DNA from: Marsupella aquatica
Taxonomy: Eukaryota > Plantae > Marchantiophyta
NCBI GenBank assembly: GCA_973895155.1
Contig: OZ316897.1
Span: 9,943,832 to 10,007,831 of the forward strand
DNA length: 64,000 nt
Reading direction: 5' to 3'
Below, one piece after another: positions 12,341 through 25,670 of the stretch (its first letter is position 1; each line of letters begins with the position of its first letter). Both the position numbers and the translations under genes were made by a program. The notes under the pieces were generated by a model. It did not search any database. It had not been told where the DNA came from and was given only the letters and a program-made list of their open reading frames with translations.

Positions 12341-14309
12341 TTGGTCAATGTGTAAAGTGAAATCAGTTGACAAAATGAGACTTGACGATCTCCATGGTTG
12401 TTTTTTTCTTCCAATCAATCCAACCAAATTTCATACAGGTCAACACCCCACATGAAAGTTTTGATGTCTTCTTGTGGTTAGTAAAAGTTGGCACAAAGGT
12501 TAGCAATGTTAATAAACTTTTCTCAAGAGAGATTCCAAATGGTAGAACACTTTTAACCCTCGTGATTGCCCACTTGGATTGCTATATTTGCGTCGTCATC
12601 AAAGATCTAGTGTTATATGTAAATATAAATGTATAAAATACTGTCTAGTTTCATGCTCTTCTTATGCTGCACACATCCCCAAGTAGTCATCCAGCTTGTC
12701 AATGTCATGCACAAAATATATTAAGTAATGCCCCATGCAACATACAGTATAGTATGGTACACTCCATGCTATACAGAATCATTCTACATCCTCATCTACA
12801 GTGCTGGATATTTTGCCTTGCGTACATCCCTCATTTGCCATGCCCCAAGGTTTGACTGAAATGGGGGCCACATAAACAGTTTGTGTCGAGGACTATTGAA
12901 GATATTTCCATAGTCCCCAAAGACGGTATGTTGGATGTGAAGTCTAAGTCTTTGGGGACTATGGAAATATGTGATGTGAAGTAAACTAAAGTAATACAAT
13001 GATAAGACGATATTCTTTTACTGAAGAAATTCCTTTTGTACTCTGTTGCACATAGCACATTCAAACGCTTAGCTTTTATTCTTCTAATGAGGCAAGATAA
13101 TTTTGAGACCAATAGAAATGCTTAACATCATTTTAGGGATTTTATAATACTACAATGAATTGCACTCTGTAAACTTTTACTTCCATGTTAGGGCCACGAG
13201 GGACAACACGGTGATAGCCTCTAAGGTATAATATAACCTTTAATTTTATTTGTAAAACAAAGTGCAAACTCAAGGTCTTCTGCAGCAAGAGTTGAAATGA
13301 GTGTAGCATTATTTATAAGTTTGTTCCTGAGGCCTGTGGTCCGTTGGGGTCCATTTAGAGGTACTGATGACAAGGGATAGGGAAACCAATGTTCATGTAC
13401 CATAAGAATCATGACACAACTTTGGATTATCTTCCCTTCTCTTAATGGATGCCCTTCTTCTTCTTCTTCTTCTTCTTAATTAAACAAAAAGGGCCTGAAA
13501 TTGTCATTCAAGGCCTTATGTTTGGACATGATGCAAGAGTAAGTAGGCAACATGGATACATGAATAGTTTTTTGTTTCCACCAGTACATCAATTTGTACT
13601 TTTGCTGTACTGCTTTTGCTGTCGAACTTTTGCTTTAGTACTTTTTGCTTTACTACTGCATATAATAACGAATACCCATACCAGTCCAAAATTGTGTGCA
13701 CTTCCTACACCACATTCTAAGGGTATTCGTCACGTGTGCTCAACTTACATATTTGGCATTAATGATAGGTTACATGCATGCAAGGGTGTTTTCCTGTATA
13801 CGTACCTTAGTAGTAAAATAACATGAACAATTTGGCGACAGGCATGCCAAGGACTTTTTTTGCCCCTAGATTACCATAGGACCCTAATAAGCCAACGAAC
13901 AATTCCTCCTCCACTCCAAGATTCCTAGATATGGAGTGGCTCTTTGCACTTAGGACAAAAGGTAAAAGTGGAACCTGAGCCTAGATAGGTGGTAAGATAC
14001 TGGGAGTGGCCTTATTGATTAAGTACAGGGCAGAAAATGATGGAGTCTGGTTTTGGTCCAGAGGATCTTTTGTGCCCAACAGGAGGAGTGAATTTCGGAC
14101 CATTCCACTATTGTGTGCAGTGTGCTCACGATTTCGAGTCTTTGGAGGTTTTTAGAGTTGAGGAGTGAGTTACAGTGTTTTCCGTGTTTTGTATATGCTG
14201 GCCAAGACGTTTCTAGCTTCGTATAAGAATCTTGGATTTGCTGTCTTGGACAGTATTTTTAGCGGGACGACGAGAGAATACGAGAGAAATGTTTTAGGCT
14301 AGACCTCAG

Positions 14310-14990
14310 ACGTTGACATTGTTGGGTTGGTCACTCCTCGAGTTGCCAAACGGTCTCTTTAGAGCTGTCTGGACGCCACAGACATTGTTGGGTTGCTCCT
14401 CTATTCCAGTGGTTGCCAGAGTCCCATCACGCTGTTTGGAGGCCACAGACATTGTTGGGTTGCTCCTCTATTCCAATAGTGGCCAGAGTCTCATCACGCT
14501 GTTTGGAGGCCACAGACATTGTTGGGTTGTTCCTCCATTCCAGTAGTTGCCAGATTGTCTCATCAGGTTGTTTGGAGGCCACAGACATTGTTGGCTCGTT
14601 TTTCTATTCCAGTAGTTGCTAGACAGTCTCATCAGGTTGTTTGGAGGCCACAGACATTGTTAGCTCGTTTTTCCAGTAGTTGTCTTAGAGTCTCATCAGG
14701 TTGTTTGGAGGCCACAGACTTTGTTGGGTTGTTCCTCTATTCGAGTTGTTGCCAGACCGTCTTATCTGGCTGTTTGGAGGCCACAGACATTGTTGGGTTG
14801 TATTTCTATTCCAATTGTTGCTAGACAGTCTCTCTTATCAGGCTGTTTGGAGACCACAGACTTAGTTGGGTTTTTCCTCTATTTCAATTGTTGCAAGACA
14901 GTCTCTCTCGTATGGCGTTTGGAGACCATAGACATTGTGGGGTTGTTTACTCATTCAGTTGCCTTACAATCTGTCATCAGGCTGTTTGAT
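14310..14990. repeat. Minisatellite array, ~10-11 copies of a ~60-70-bp unit, upstream of the cyclophilin
   Basis: Unit TGTTTGGAGGCCACAGACATTGTTGGGTTGYTCCTCTATTCCAGTAGTTGCCAGA...TCATCAGG. Confidence 0.95.
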
Positions 14991-15305
14991 GTAGTGGTTC
15001 GTCCCATTGTTCGCCTTCCTTTGTTGGTTGGGTCTCTTCGCCATTCGGACCTTGTTTCGTGATTTTGGTGCTGTTGTACTTTTCGCAGTGGTTTTATTCT
15101 AGTTTTGAAAGTTGTGGAAAGACTGGAGACACATTGCATCATCGCAGTGAAGCGTTTAAGTTTTGGTCGGAGAGCAGAGGAGAGGAATTTGGAAAGCGGT
15201 TCACGGTGGAGGAACTCGCGGAGCTAGTTGCAGTGGCAGTCATCGCTTGTGTACTACTGCCGCTGCTACTCGTGGGGATTGGCCGGAGCATGTGGGAAAG
15301 TTTCA

Positions 15306-17278
15306 ATGGTGGCAGCCACGATGACAGACGTCGTAGCGCCGCAAGTGATCCTGGATACTACGATGGGCGAGATCGTGGTTGAGGTGGGCTCATCACCGTT
15401 CGTCTCTACTTTATTGGTTCTTCGTCATTTTCCCTGCTCATTTTCCCTGACGTTCTTGGCGTCACTCGAAGGTTATGCTTACCGAGGAGATTCCGGGCCA
15501 ATGTGAATGTCTAGAATCTTTCCGGAACAGTATTCGAATGTTCGTTTCCTTTTCTTTCTGTCTCTATTTGTCGAGCGTCAGGAGAATGATTCGTTCCACT
15601 ACTCTCTTACCAAGCATAAGCTGAACCCTAGACTTCTCCTTTACGGATTGAATCAGGTCTTTGTACACATTCTCCTGGTGTTCCCACGGATGAGTCTCGT
15701 TTTTGTCATGTCGTCCCGGTCTTTAGAAGGGAAATGCGGTTTCCTGACTATCCTACTCTTTGGACAGAATGGGCTGATTTAGGTGTTCCTTAGTGTTCCA
15801 TTTTCTTGTGGCCGTAAAGTATTGAACTAGATTACGGTCGTTTTCGGCTGTTTGGCGTTATATTGGATTGTTTCAAGTTCCCTTTTCGCTCATGTAGATC
15901 GCTCTCCACATTTAGGTTTAGAGTTCGTTCGAGGTGATACTGTGACTAGGATACTCAGTTCAATCAGCTTCTACTCCTCTTGCAGCTCTACATCAAGCAT
16001 GCTCCCAAAGCATGTAGAAATTTTATCGAGCTTTCTAGACGAGGTTACTACGAGGACGTCAGATTCCATCGTGTCATCAAGGTATTGCAACCTTGGCTTC
16101 ATTTGACTTACCCTTCTGCTAAACTATTGCAGGAGGTCCATAACTCGCTTCACCGCGTCACACGCTCCGCGTCTCTTGTTCTTCTATCATGTGGTCCGTC
16201 GAGAAACAATTTACTCCCTGTTTTGCAGATTTAATGTTGATCATGTCCATGCAATTTGAGTTCCTACAAAGGTTATGATGGATGTCCAGACTAAAGTTGA
16301 TCATTGCATGTTTCCTACAGAACTTCATGGTTCAAAGCGGGGATCCAACAAATACCGGAAGGGGGGGTGAATCCATCTACGGGTACGCTAAGGACGTTCG
16401 AAGTTTCATCTTGTCAAAACCGAGTTTTAGCTCTTGAAAATTTCTTTAGGCTGTGCTTGTCAAGCATTTTAGTGCAGATCTAAAAATGTGATCAAGATGT
16501 AACTCTCTGGATGTAAGTAAGAATTTGGTTTTACATGTGGATGCATTCACACAGAGTTGGGCTCCTCATTTGTTATTTCGCTTGCAGGGCTAAGTTTGAT
16601 GATGAGCTACATCGAGAGCTCAAACACACCGGTGCAGGAATTCTGTCGATGGCAAACTCGGGGCCTAATACAAATGGCAGCCAGTTCTTCTTAACACTTG
16701 CACCGGCACCGTGGCTTGATGGTATTATGTCTTTTGCCAAGTTTTCTACTCTTTCATATTGTTCGTCTTCTTGTCCTATCTTTTCAGAATCAGGCTGACT
16801 CACTTTTTTTGGTTCTAGCGTCAGTTAGTTGAGATCAAACCGTGCAAAACTTACTGAACCAATATAAGGTTGCGTTTGATTCTGCCTGCCCTCAATTTTT
16901 TGGTTATTGTTGGGACACATGCAGCCAAGCATACGATATTTGGCCGTGTCTGTAAAGGGATGGACGTATTGAAGCGCTTGGGGAATGTCCAAACGGACAA
17001 GCATGACAGGTCAGATTTCTGTTGAATTTCTCTAGTACTTGTAGCCTTGAATTTGCTAGAATTTGGAAATGTGGAAAATATCTCTAGTCATCTTCTGGCA
17101 ACCAAATACTCATCACTAATTTCTTCCTATGTAGTCCACCTTGTACTTCTAATTTGCAACCATTAGAGCTCAGAAGAAAGTGATCACTTCTAACACAATT
17201 CCATTCTTGTGTGGAGTCCTTGTTTGCAGGCCAATTCATGATGTCAAGATTATTCGAGCATATGTTCAGGATAGCTGA
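15306..17278 (+). CDS. PPIL1: Cyclophilin-type peptidyl-prolyl isomerase, PPIL1/CYP18-2 type
   Basis: Exons 15306(or 15321)-15383, 15986-16081, 16321-16382, 16588-16721, 16925-17009, 17230-17278. Encodes ...[23 protein letters not shown]...[27 protein letters not shown]...[27 protein letters not shown]...KHTIFGRV...[10 protein letters not shown]. Introns GT-AG. Confidence 0.95.
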
Positions 17279-18918
17279 TCAGATTGGGGTGTTTCTTAGC
17301 AGCCCCCCTGCATCTGTTCTCCCAATATCGAATTTGTGAAATTTATTTTGCCACCTCTGGATACACTTCACACAAATTTCAATACGGCCAAATTAGTAAC
17401 GTGCGTCCAGTGCATGACCTCTCGGAAAAGTGTTCATCGTCTGGACGTGCTGTAGAATTTTTGCCGTAGCTTGTGTATAAATGAAAGGTTAGGAATTTTG
17501 ATAGTATGTAGTGGAGACAACTTTGTTGTATATCCGTTACTTCACACCCTTTTGCCTTACCAAAGCTTGGTGTGACATACTGCAAATAGCCCGTTACTCA
17601 TGTAGTTGGAAAGACTGTTCCCAAAGCAGTCTGCGATCAATCGTTGTCTATTGTATTAGTGAAGAATGTTAAACTGTACTCACTGCAGAACTTAGTTTAG
17701 GCTCGTTTCACATGCAATTCTCCCCACCTGCCCTTGTTCATATCTTTCGGGGTTCAAAGCCCTTTCCCATTTTCCAGTGTTCTTTACTCCCGAGTAGCTT
17801 TTCACCAAGACGCCTAACAATATGCTCTTTCCAAGCATATTAGTACGGTTTTCTTAAGTGTAGTTTTGTTGTAGTTGGATCAGGTGGAAGCAATTGCATC
17901 TCACAAGCATGTACACAGGAATTCAAAATTGATGGATAAACAGGTGTCTCAATTCTGGGATTTCGTGGGCAGTGTTCTCATGTCGGAATGATCTGGTTGT
18001 AATCTTGTATTTGATTCTGGGAATTTTTCATGTGTCATCATGGGAATTTATTAAGAGTTTTTGGCCAAGCCTGTTGTCCAAGTATAGTGGTGTATAACAA
18101 CTTAGGCCATGACCCTGAGATTAAGTGTTTCTTTATTGATTGGATAGGGTCCACTAATCTTTCTGTGTCTGAAAAGGTTATTAGTCAACCTTAATCAATT
18201 AGTGATTCACCCTATATCTGCTCATCTGAACCTTGGTTAGAGCTGTATGAAATGCCCACATTTGGTAAACTCTACTGTTCACATTTAGGCATTTGTGCTA
18301 AAATTTAAAGCAGATAGGAGATGGAACTGATTTCACAATGATCAAAATTTTGGAATCTTCTTTTACGTGTGGCTAATTGTCAATATCTAGCCCAATCGAC
18401 AACGATGTTTCAAAAAGAAATCAAACCGACCAGCGTGATACTAACTGGAATGCAGATTTTGAAAGTAAAATAATTGAAAATATGATTCAATACTCTAAAT
18501 AATAGTTTTCTCTGCCCCACAGAAATCTAAGATAGAATTTTGCAGTCACACTCCTTGACTAGTTCCATGGAGAGAACTATTATGATTAGGACAACACTAG
18601 CTAGGACGCGAATCTGGATGGAAGTTGCATCGAGTCAAGACGTAGCTCAGGCAATTGATAACAATGCTCCAAACTCTCAAAGATGAGTCTCGTCCTAAGA
18701 CGATGACGGCCAACGTCTCTCCCTCCCCTTGCAAATTTGCATCGCAGATTTGTGCATTGCCGCCGGATCACAGCAACTCTTTGTGGCTTTGCTCAGTTGG
18801 TGGACTGCACGACGACCTACGTGGATTTCACGAACTTAGACTAGTTCGTGGATTTGAGATTGGAATCCTAAAATTCATCGGTCCACGGGTGTATCGTCAG
18901 GACGGTTGGTCTCTCAGA

Positions 18919-20164
18919 TTACAGGAAGGAAGAAGCCGCCGAGAGCACGACTGTAGCAGCAGCAGCTACGGTTCCAAAATTAATCACGCCGGAAAATCGA
19001 GGGGCTGCAGCAGAATTTGGGTCAGGAGGTGCGGCGGGACTGCTGAGGGGACTGCCGCTGGCGAGAACTGTGATCTTGAGCTTCATTCCTCTCTCGCAGT
19101 GATTGGGGACGGAGCAAATGTAGAACTTGGTGCCGGGAGTCTTGAGGTGGATATTTGTGAGGCCATCGGTAAAGTTCGCTTTCGTGGCAAGAGTTTTATT
19201 GCACGAGTCCACGGGCATCGGCTGTACATTGTGAGATACGTTGGCATAAACAAATTCTGAAAAGCAACGAGGTCATACAACTTCTTGTGAGAACTTGCAT
19301 GGATGGTCATCAGTCAGCATCTACAAGCCAATTTATTGCCCTTGCCTGTCGTCAAAGCCTGGCCCCTTGCTCACGGAACTGTATTGATGCAGGCCTTCAA
19401 ATTGTACAGGACGTGAATATGTACTAACAATTGAAGCTAGTCAGATCATATATGACAGGCTTTGTGACGGTCTGTGAGAGAAAAGGAACACGGAAACAAA
19501 AAAATCGTGTAATTGCGCAATTAATGGCGAGTATGGCAATGCAAGTACAATGCTGAATTCTAATCGTGATCATTGAGTTCGTGTAAGGGAGTGAGTGGAA
19601 GTACTTCACTAAGCAAGAGGGTGTATATGCCACCTCAATATTGTAGATTCTGGTCATAATCGAGAGATCGAATATGTTCCAGAGATAATGATCAAATGAG
19701 AACTCTAGGATCATGTATCTGGGATGGGAATGCGTCTATACACGATAAGATTGCATTTTCCTAATTGGTTGCGTTGAGTAAAACTTTTGGCAATCAAAAA
19801 GCATGTACATGAGTACATTTTATTCCTCCAAACATGAATCTCGTAGAATGATGCTGAGCCGGGATGCTGGGCAGAATTGAAAGGTCCCTAGAGAACAGAC
19901 TGATCGAAGAGAATTAAAGCAACTTGTATAGAAGTACGTCAGAGAAGAGAACTTACGGAGGACGTCTCCGACTTGGAAAGTGTACTGAGCTGCCCATGTC
20001 TTCGTATAAAAGTCAGGAGCATTAGGTATTACCCATTTCGTATCGCCACCCACAACATAAGTCGCTGCTCTTGCTCCTGTGCAACCCAGCAGCATCACTA
20101 CTGCCACCGTCCCCAACAACACCAACATTGCACTGCTCCTTCCCTGGCCCATACCTGCTTCCAT
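18919..20164 (-). CDS. Phytocyanin (uclacyanin/plantacyanin-like blue copper protein), secreted, probable GPI anchor
   Basis: Exon 1 20164-19957: signal peptide plus YVVGGDTKW...[13 protein letters not shown]. Exon 2 19256-18919: QFVY...HNV...C...[16 protein letters not shown], then a Ser/Pro/Ala linker and hydrophobic tail. Cu ligands His-Cys-His-Met all present. Confidence 0.93.
20128..20149 (-). promoter_or_regulatory. miR408 target site in the phytocyanin signal-peptide coding region
   Basis: mRNA GGCCAGGGAAGGAGCAGTGCAA versus the miR408 complement GCCAGGGAAGAGGCAGTGCA. Differs only by a central GA/AG swap (one mismatch, one G:U). Confidence 0.75.
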
Positions 20165-22402
20165 GACGATCGAAGATATCACTCTTGTACGTGCCTCTCT
20201 CTAGCTTGATGGAGCCTCAGTCTCGGATCTCTGGATCACTCAATTCGTTGCAAAGAAAGATTGTGTCAATTGACTGTAAAGACCGCGTTGGGAGCGCAGC
20301 TTATAGCGACTCAGATCAAACGAGCTGCTGAGTATGTCCAATTGACATCTACTCAGTCAATCCTCTCAAGTTGATTGATTGCGCTGGAGAGAGCGAATGA
20401 TTGAGGTGTCGAGCTGATCGATAAGCCGTTCAAACAATCACTGTCATCCCATCGAATTAATCGATCAATCGACTGCTTCCTGAACTAAGCCGATTGATCA
20501 GAGGGACGAAGCGAGTGATATATTCCTTGATCGAGGCAGCAGTCGACTTACCGGATTGAATGGTACAATGACGACAAGCTGTGGCCGATTTCGAGGTGGA
20601 CTGTAGTCAATCGAAGGTAGCGAAACGGAAGCTTGAGCTAGAGATTTGTAACTTTGTGTATTAGTAGTTCGATCCGCCTGCCGATTGACTCGTGGCATAC
20701 GGATCAATGTACGTTTTCAGTGTATTGTAAGAGTACTGTATTGGAAGAGTACTGAAAGTACTCCATTGATTGTTCAATTTGGACGGTCTAACTATTTTGT
20801 TCATTTGGTCACATTTGCACTGACTTCTTTGTTTTGGTCTCGGATTTGGTCACTGACTTCTTTGGAGTACTTCATTGGGCTACTTCCTCAATTGTTTGTT
20901 CGTTATGTTTACAGTATGAAGCACTCCCTCTAAAACTGGGAGGCGGGGAGAAGTGTCCAACAAAGCCCTCCCTTTTACATATTTCACTCACTTTTCTCCT
21001 CTATTGTGCCAGTTTGCTAGCCTTGACTACCCCTTCCTTGAAGGGAAAGAGAATGATAAGGACAAAAAAGTACATTGCACTGGCTGTTTCAATTTCCTGA
21101 GGTCAATTCAGCTGACAATTTGAGCTAAAACCTTGGTGGAGGTGATCAAAGCAAACTACGGTAAGAGAAGTTGCTCAAGTTAGGGTCATTGCAAGTCTTG
21201 TTTGACATGTCCTGACCTCTCTTTATCTTTCCAAGTTTCTTTATAACAGTAGATTAAATGATCCAGCTGCAGATGAAGTATACAAGACAAATGAATGGTG
21301 AGTTAGTGATTAGGCAGTCTCAAACAGTTCACTTTCTCTAATGTCGTCAAGTCCCAACTAACAAGTTAGCACAAACTAAAACTCAAAAGAGCAAATCGAA
21401 TTCATACTACTCAGAAGGAAACTTGCATCAAATTCCCAGTTGAAACAATGGACCCATCTTTGGAATCGATCGAAATCGTAGGAAATGCAATCTTGAAACC
21501 ATCTTTAGAAGAATTAGATTCTGGGGTCGAGCAGCTCCCCAACTAAGTTTACTTTGATGACCATGGTTGATGATCTTTGGTGTAATTCTGGATTCATGAG
21601 GGTATCTATTGAAACTTTCATTCGATACTAAAAGCATCTGCGTAGAGTGATACAGTAAACCTGAGTGCACTACTAACAAATAAAAGTCTGTCCAACTATT
21701 TAGCAATGACCCTGATCAGCTAGGAACAATTGTATCACATGAAAATCAATTGAAATGACAAAGCCCTGGAAACACTCAAGTACATGCTCGCATTCAGACG
21801 CTTTAGAAATTGTGAATAGTCCCTTGTCCTATCATTCACACTGCCTTTTCCACATTGTTGATGATAATTCGTTCCCATACTTTTGTACTACACGGCTTTT
21901 GTGATATACGAGGACATCTGTGGCTTGCTGAGTCTTTAACCTTGGAAGACCTCTTGTTCTATACATGTTCTATATATATGTACCAGCTTTTCCTGTCCTC
22001 TCAAGTCATCGAAATCTACACCAAGGCAACCGGAAATTGGGGTGTGCAGCTCCACTTTTTGGTGCAAATTACAGCAAATTACCATTTATGCCACCTTAGC
22101 GCTGACTTTGAGATATTGACATAACGATGTGGTTCAAACACTGAATGCAGATTGAACAATACAAATTAAGACAAAAATCTCGGAGTCGGCCTGAAGTACC
22201 ATTCTGTCGGTGCCATTCATCGCCATTGCCGTCCAAAGATGACTGCCTTCTCTGCAGACGAGTTAAGATTGGCTCACCAAGTCAAGTCTCCCAGGAAAAC
22301 TCGGAGAAACAGGTACCAATGGTACTCTGAGGTGAACGATCGAGGTAATGTAGAGGTCAATGGTAACGAAGGGTAGCAACGAAGCGAGTGCGGTACTAAA
22401 TT

Positions 22403-22556
22403 ACTGTTTGGATGGCTGTCAGTATTAGCTTGGACTTGGGTAATGCGGTGAGAGCTAGGGTGGCACCGAGGGCTGACTACTGTTTGGATGGCTGTCAGTG
22501 TTAGCTTGGACTTGGGTAATGCGGAGAGAGCTAGGGCGGCACCGAAGGCTGACTGA
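22403..22556. repeat. ~76-bp tandem duplication
   Basis: ACTGTTTGGATGGCTGTCAGTRTTAGCTTGGACTTGGGTAATGCGG...GCACCGARGGCTGACT occurs twice. Confidence 0.95.
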
Positions 22557-24594
22557 CAGTATATATTGCAGACAAGGAGGGATGATTGTAACTATGTGGA
22601 TTGCTTGAAACTGCCAATATTGTTAGCTACCCAAGTCTTCTCGTCCGCCTTTCTTGCTCTATCTCACCTCGGTCTTATCATTGCTGAGCCTACTGCTGGG
22701 CTTCTTGACCTCTCCTGCCAAGGCTGGTGTCAAAATTCTCTACCCACTATAATCTCCATCCTTCGTAATAAGAAGGGTTCCAACGTTTTAGGGACTTTCC
22801 TCTCGTGATTTAGTGGTGACTTCTAGTGACAAAGGGTATTGGACGTGAGAATGTATCGACATCCGCTTCCCTGGTCGCTCCTGTTTCTCATTTGCAAAGA
22901 ATTCCCTCTACCTTTTTCTCTTCCCATTAATTGTGACCATTTTCATCCCAAACCCATCTCCTCTCCTTACTCACAATATTCACATTAAACTCTTTGCAAA
23001 AACTGACAATAAGAGCTCTAGCTTACTCGTATGATTCTAGAGTCGAATCATGTCTTATCCACAATACGCTAGATTTAGTTTCTAGATGGCTACTGTGGAG
23101 AAGCCCGAGAATGATGCATAATCCATTTTCAAATTGCATCGATTTCGACATTTTCGTGAACTCAAGGTTTGTCTGCATGTGGAGCTCGCAATGGCGTAGC
23201 AATTAGTCAGTGCGACTTCGAGATATGTGCACTGTCTTGTGATCATGCCCCTTTCATATCGTTATTGCCGTTGTGCTGGCTCATATTCACACAGACAATT
23301 CCAAGTTCTGGGGGTGCTTCATCCTCTTCTACAATCTTCCCCACCCCCAATCGACAAAATTCATTCAGTCCACTTTTCAAAAAAAATTATTGAATTGTCC
23401 CAGAATTGTTACCGACCCCACCCCACGATAAGAGCAACCTCACGATAAGAGCAACCCCACTGGGTGACAACATTGGCAACTATATCTTCACAGGCTTGGA
23501 CTAGGCTCAATGAGTGATAGGTGTAGAGCAAACTAAAGAAAATTTCTCAGATCTATCCTGAGTGTAGCGACATGAGGGGCCTACCATTTCATCTCTTCAT
23601 CAAGAGGCAGGGAATTTTGCAGTCGAAAGAGAACTGATAAATAGATATATATCAAAGTGCCAAATGGGGTCCTAAAGGACAAGGAACCCAATAAATTTCT
23701 CTGGCTCCGTCTCGTTAAAAAAAAAACCAAAAAAACCAACAAAAAAAAAAAAGACAAACAACACAATAAAGAGAGGGAAGAAGAGGTAAAGTGAGGGAAG
23801 AAGAGGCCTAAGTTTTACCGCCTACATTATCAGTTGTGTCGGAGGCCATATCCAAAAGTATAGTCAAGCATTTAGTCCACCTCATGGGACCCTCTAATCA
23901 GCCTTCTTATAGTGGCAAAGATTAGCTAGAATACACCAGCTCTCTAGGCCATCTTGGTCACTTTTCGCAAAAATGCTAGTTTTTAAGTTTTCCAGTAGCA
24001 AAATTTCCCGCCTAGTCACTGACCCCACTAGCTAGAATCTAAACATTTAAATCTAGTGAGATTTGACCAGCCAAATACTAATCTAAGAAAAGTAGATAAA
24101 TAACATTCCTAGTATCTTCTCCTGACACAAGCTGGGAGGCCACATTAGAGGAGAAGATGCTAGGAATAACAGTACACGTTATGATATGCATTTTAACTCC
24201 AGCAAGAAACGTTCCTTTTCGAGAAAAAGATCCCCTCGTATCCAAAAGAAGGTTAGCGCGGGTTAAATTGTTGTCTCCTTGAGGATACAGCCAACGTGGC
24301 CTCTCCCGTCAGAAATAAAACCATAAGCTCAGTTTCTCTCAATGGGTCAGTATCGAACAAAAACTGGAGCTTCTCACTCGGTTTCCCAACAGCCGTGTGA
24401 TCAGCACAGAGCGAACTATTCTTTCGCCTTTTACTAAAGAATACCGTGCGCGGGTCACAAACGCGGCATACTCCAATATTTGGAATGCTCCTTCACTGGA
24501 GCGCCACCAAAGAAATCCAAACTGAATGAATGAGATCTTCGATGTCTTTCCGCCCACAGAAGCACTGTGTCAAGCGGAGTAGTGATCATTTCAC

Positions 24595-25670
24595 ACAGTA
24601 GATTAGACGATGAAAATGCAAGACGCGTATTGAAGAGTGATGTAGTCTTCATTTGTTCTGCAATGTCTCGAAGGTCCGAGTTGAAAGTAAAATCCAAAGA
24701 AAGATGTGAGATGTGTTCAAGACGCACAAGAATGCTCTATCTCAGGCCGAGTAATGATGTTTTCGTACATTAGATCAGACGATGAAGATGTAAGACGGGT
24801 ATTGAAGAGTAGTCTAATTGATCTGTTTTGCAATGGTTCGAAGGCCGAGTTGAAAGTGAAATTCAAAGACAGATGGAGATGTGTTCAGACGAGTCATCAG
24901 ACGATGAAGATGTAAGACGGGTGTTGAAGAGTACTCTTATTGATCTGTTCTGCAACGGTTCGAAGACCGAGTTATGAAATCCAAAGAAAGAATGGCAAGC
25001 TCCTGCTTGATAGCCCAATCCAATCGATTGGGCAACAAAGTCCTCAGCAATGTTTGAGTGTCGGGGCCGAGCTGAAGTGAAATCCAATTACAATGCAGCC
25101 CTCAGCAATATTTCGAAGTCCGAGGTCGAGACAAGTGAAATCCAATTTCAAAGAATCGACTGCTCCTGCTCCATAGTGCAATTCCAATCGATTGTACAAC
25201 AAAGCCGTGAGCAACGTTTTCAAGGCCGAGGCCGAGTTCAAGTGAAATCCAATGATGAAGAATGGCTAGCGAACCACAAGTCGCAGCCCTAACACGATCA
25301 GCTCGATTGGTACCACAGCTTTGAGGACGATGTTGAGGTTGGAGACCGAATTGAATTGATGTGAATTGAAATCCAATCACTAAGAATGGCCTTTGCTCGA
25401 TAGCTAAATCGTATCGATTAGACAACAATCCGTGAGATGCGTGTCGGAGCCCTAACACGACGAGATGGGTAGTACCAAAGCCTCAGGACGCGTTGAAGTG
25501 GGAGGGCGACCAAATTGAAGTGAAATCCAGTTATGAATAATGGCCAGCCCTTGTGTGACAGGAATCCAATTAGACACTAAAGCATGCGATGCAAGTTCAA
25601 GTTGGAGGCTCCCGAAGAAATCAAAATAGGCAAAAAGGCATGCGATGCAAAATTCAAGTCGGAAGCTCGG
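24595..25670. repeat. Degenerate nested tandem array
   Basis: GACGATGAARATGYAAGACGSGTRTTGAAGAGT x3 (~24606, ~24778, ~24900), interleaved with ~7 copies of GCCGAGTTGAAGTGAAATCCA-like motifs. Confidence 0.75.

Noticed and set aside
12400-13830. Possible decayed transposase in an AT-rich region
   Set aside because: No identifiable motif in any frame by eye; would need tblastn against TE libraries.
14313-15062. Repetitive ORFs and CRISPR-like appearance of the array
   Set aside because: Whole units are homologous, with no unique spacers and no cas genes. Eukaryotic minisatellite.
18655-19260. 201-aa plus-strand ORF
   Set aside because: Antisense shadow of GC-rich phytocyanin exon 2; TTG start; no recognisable domain.
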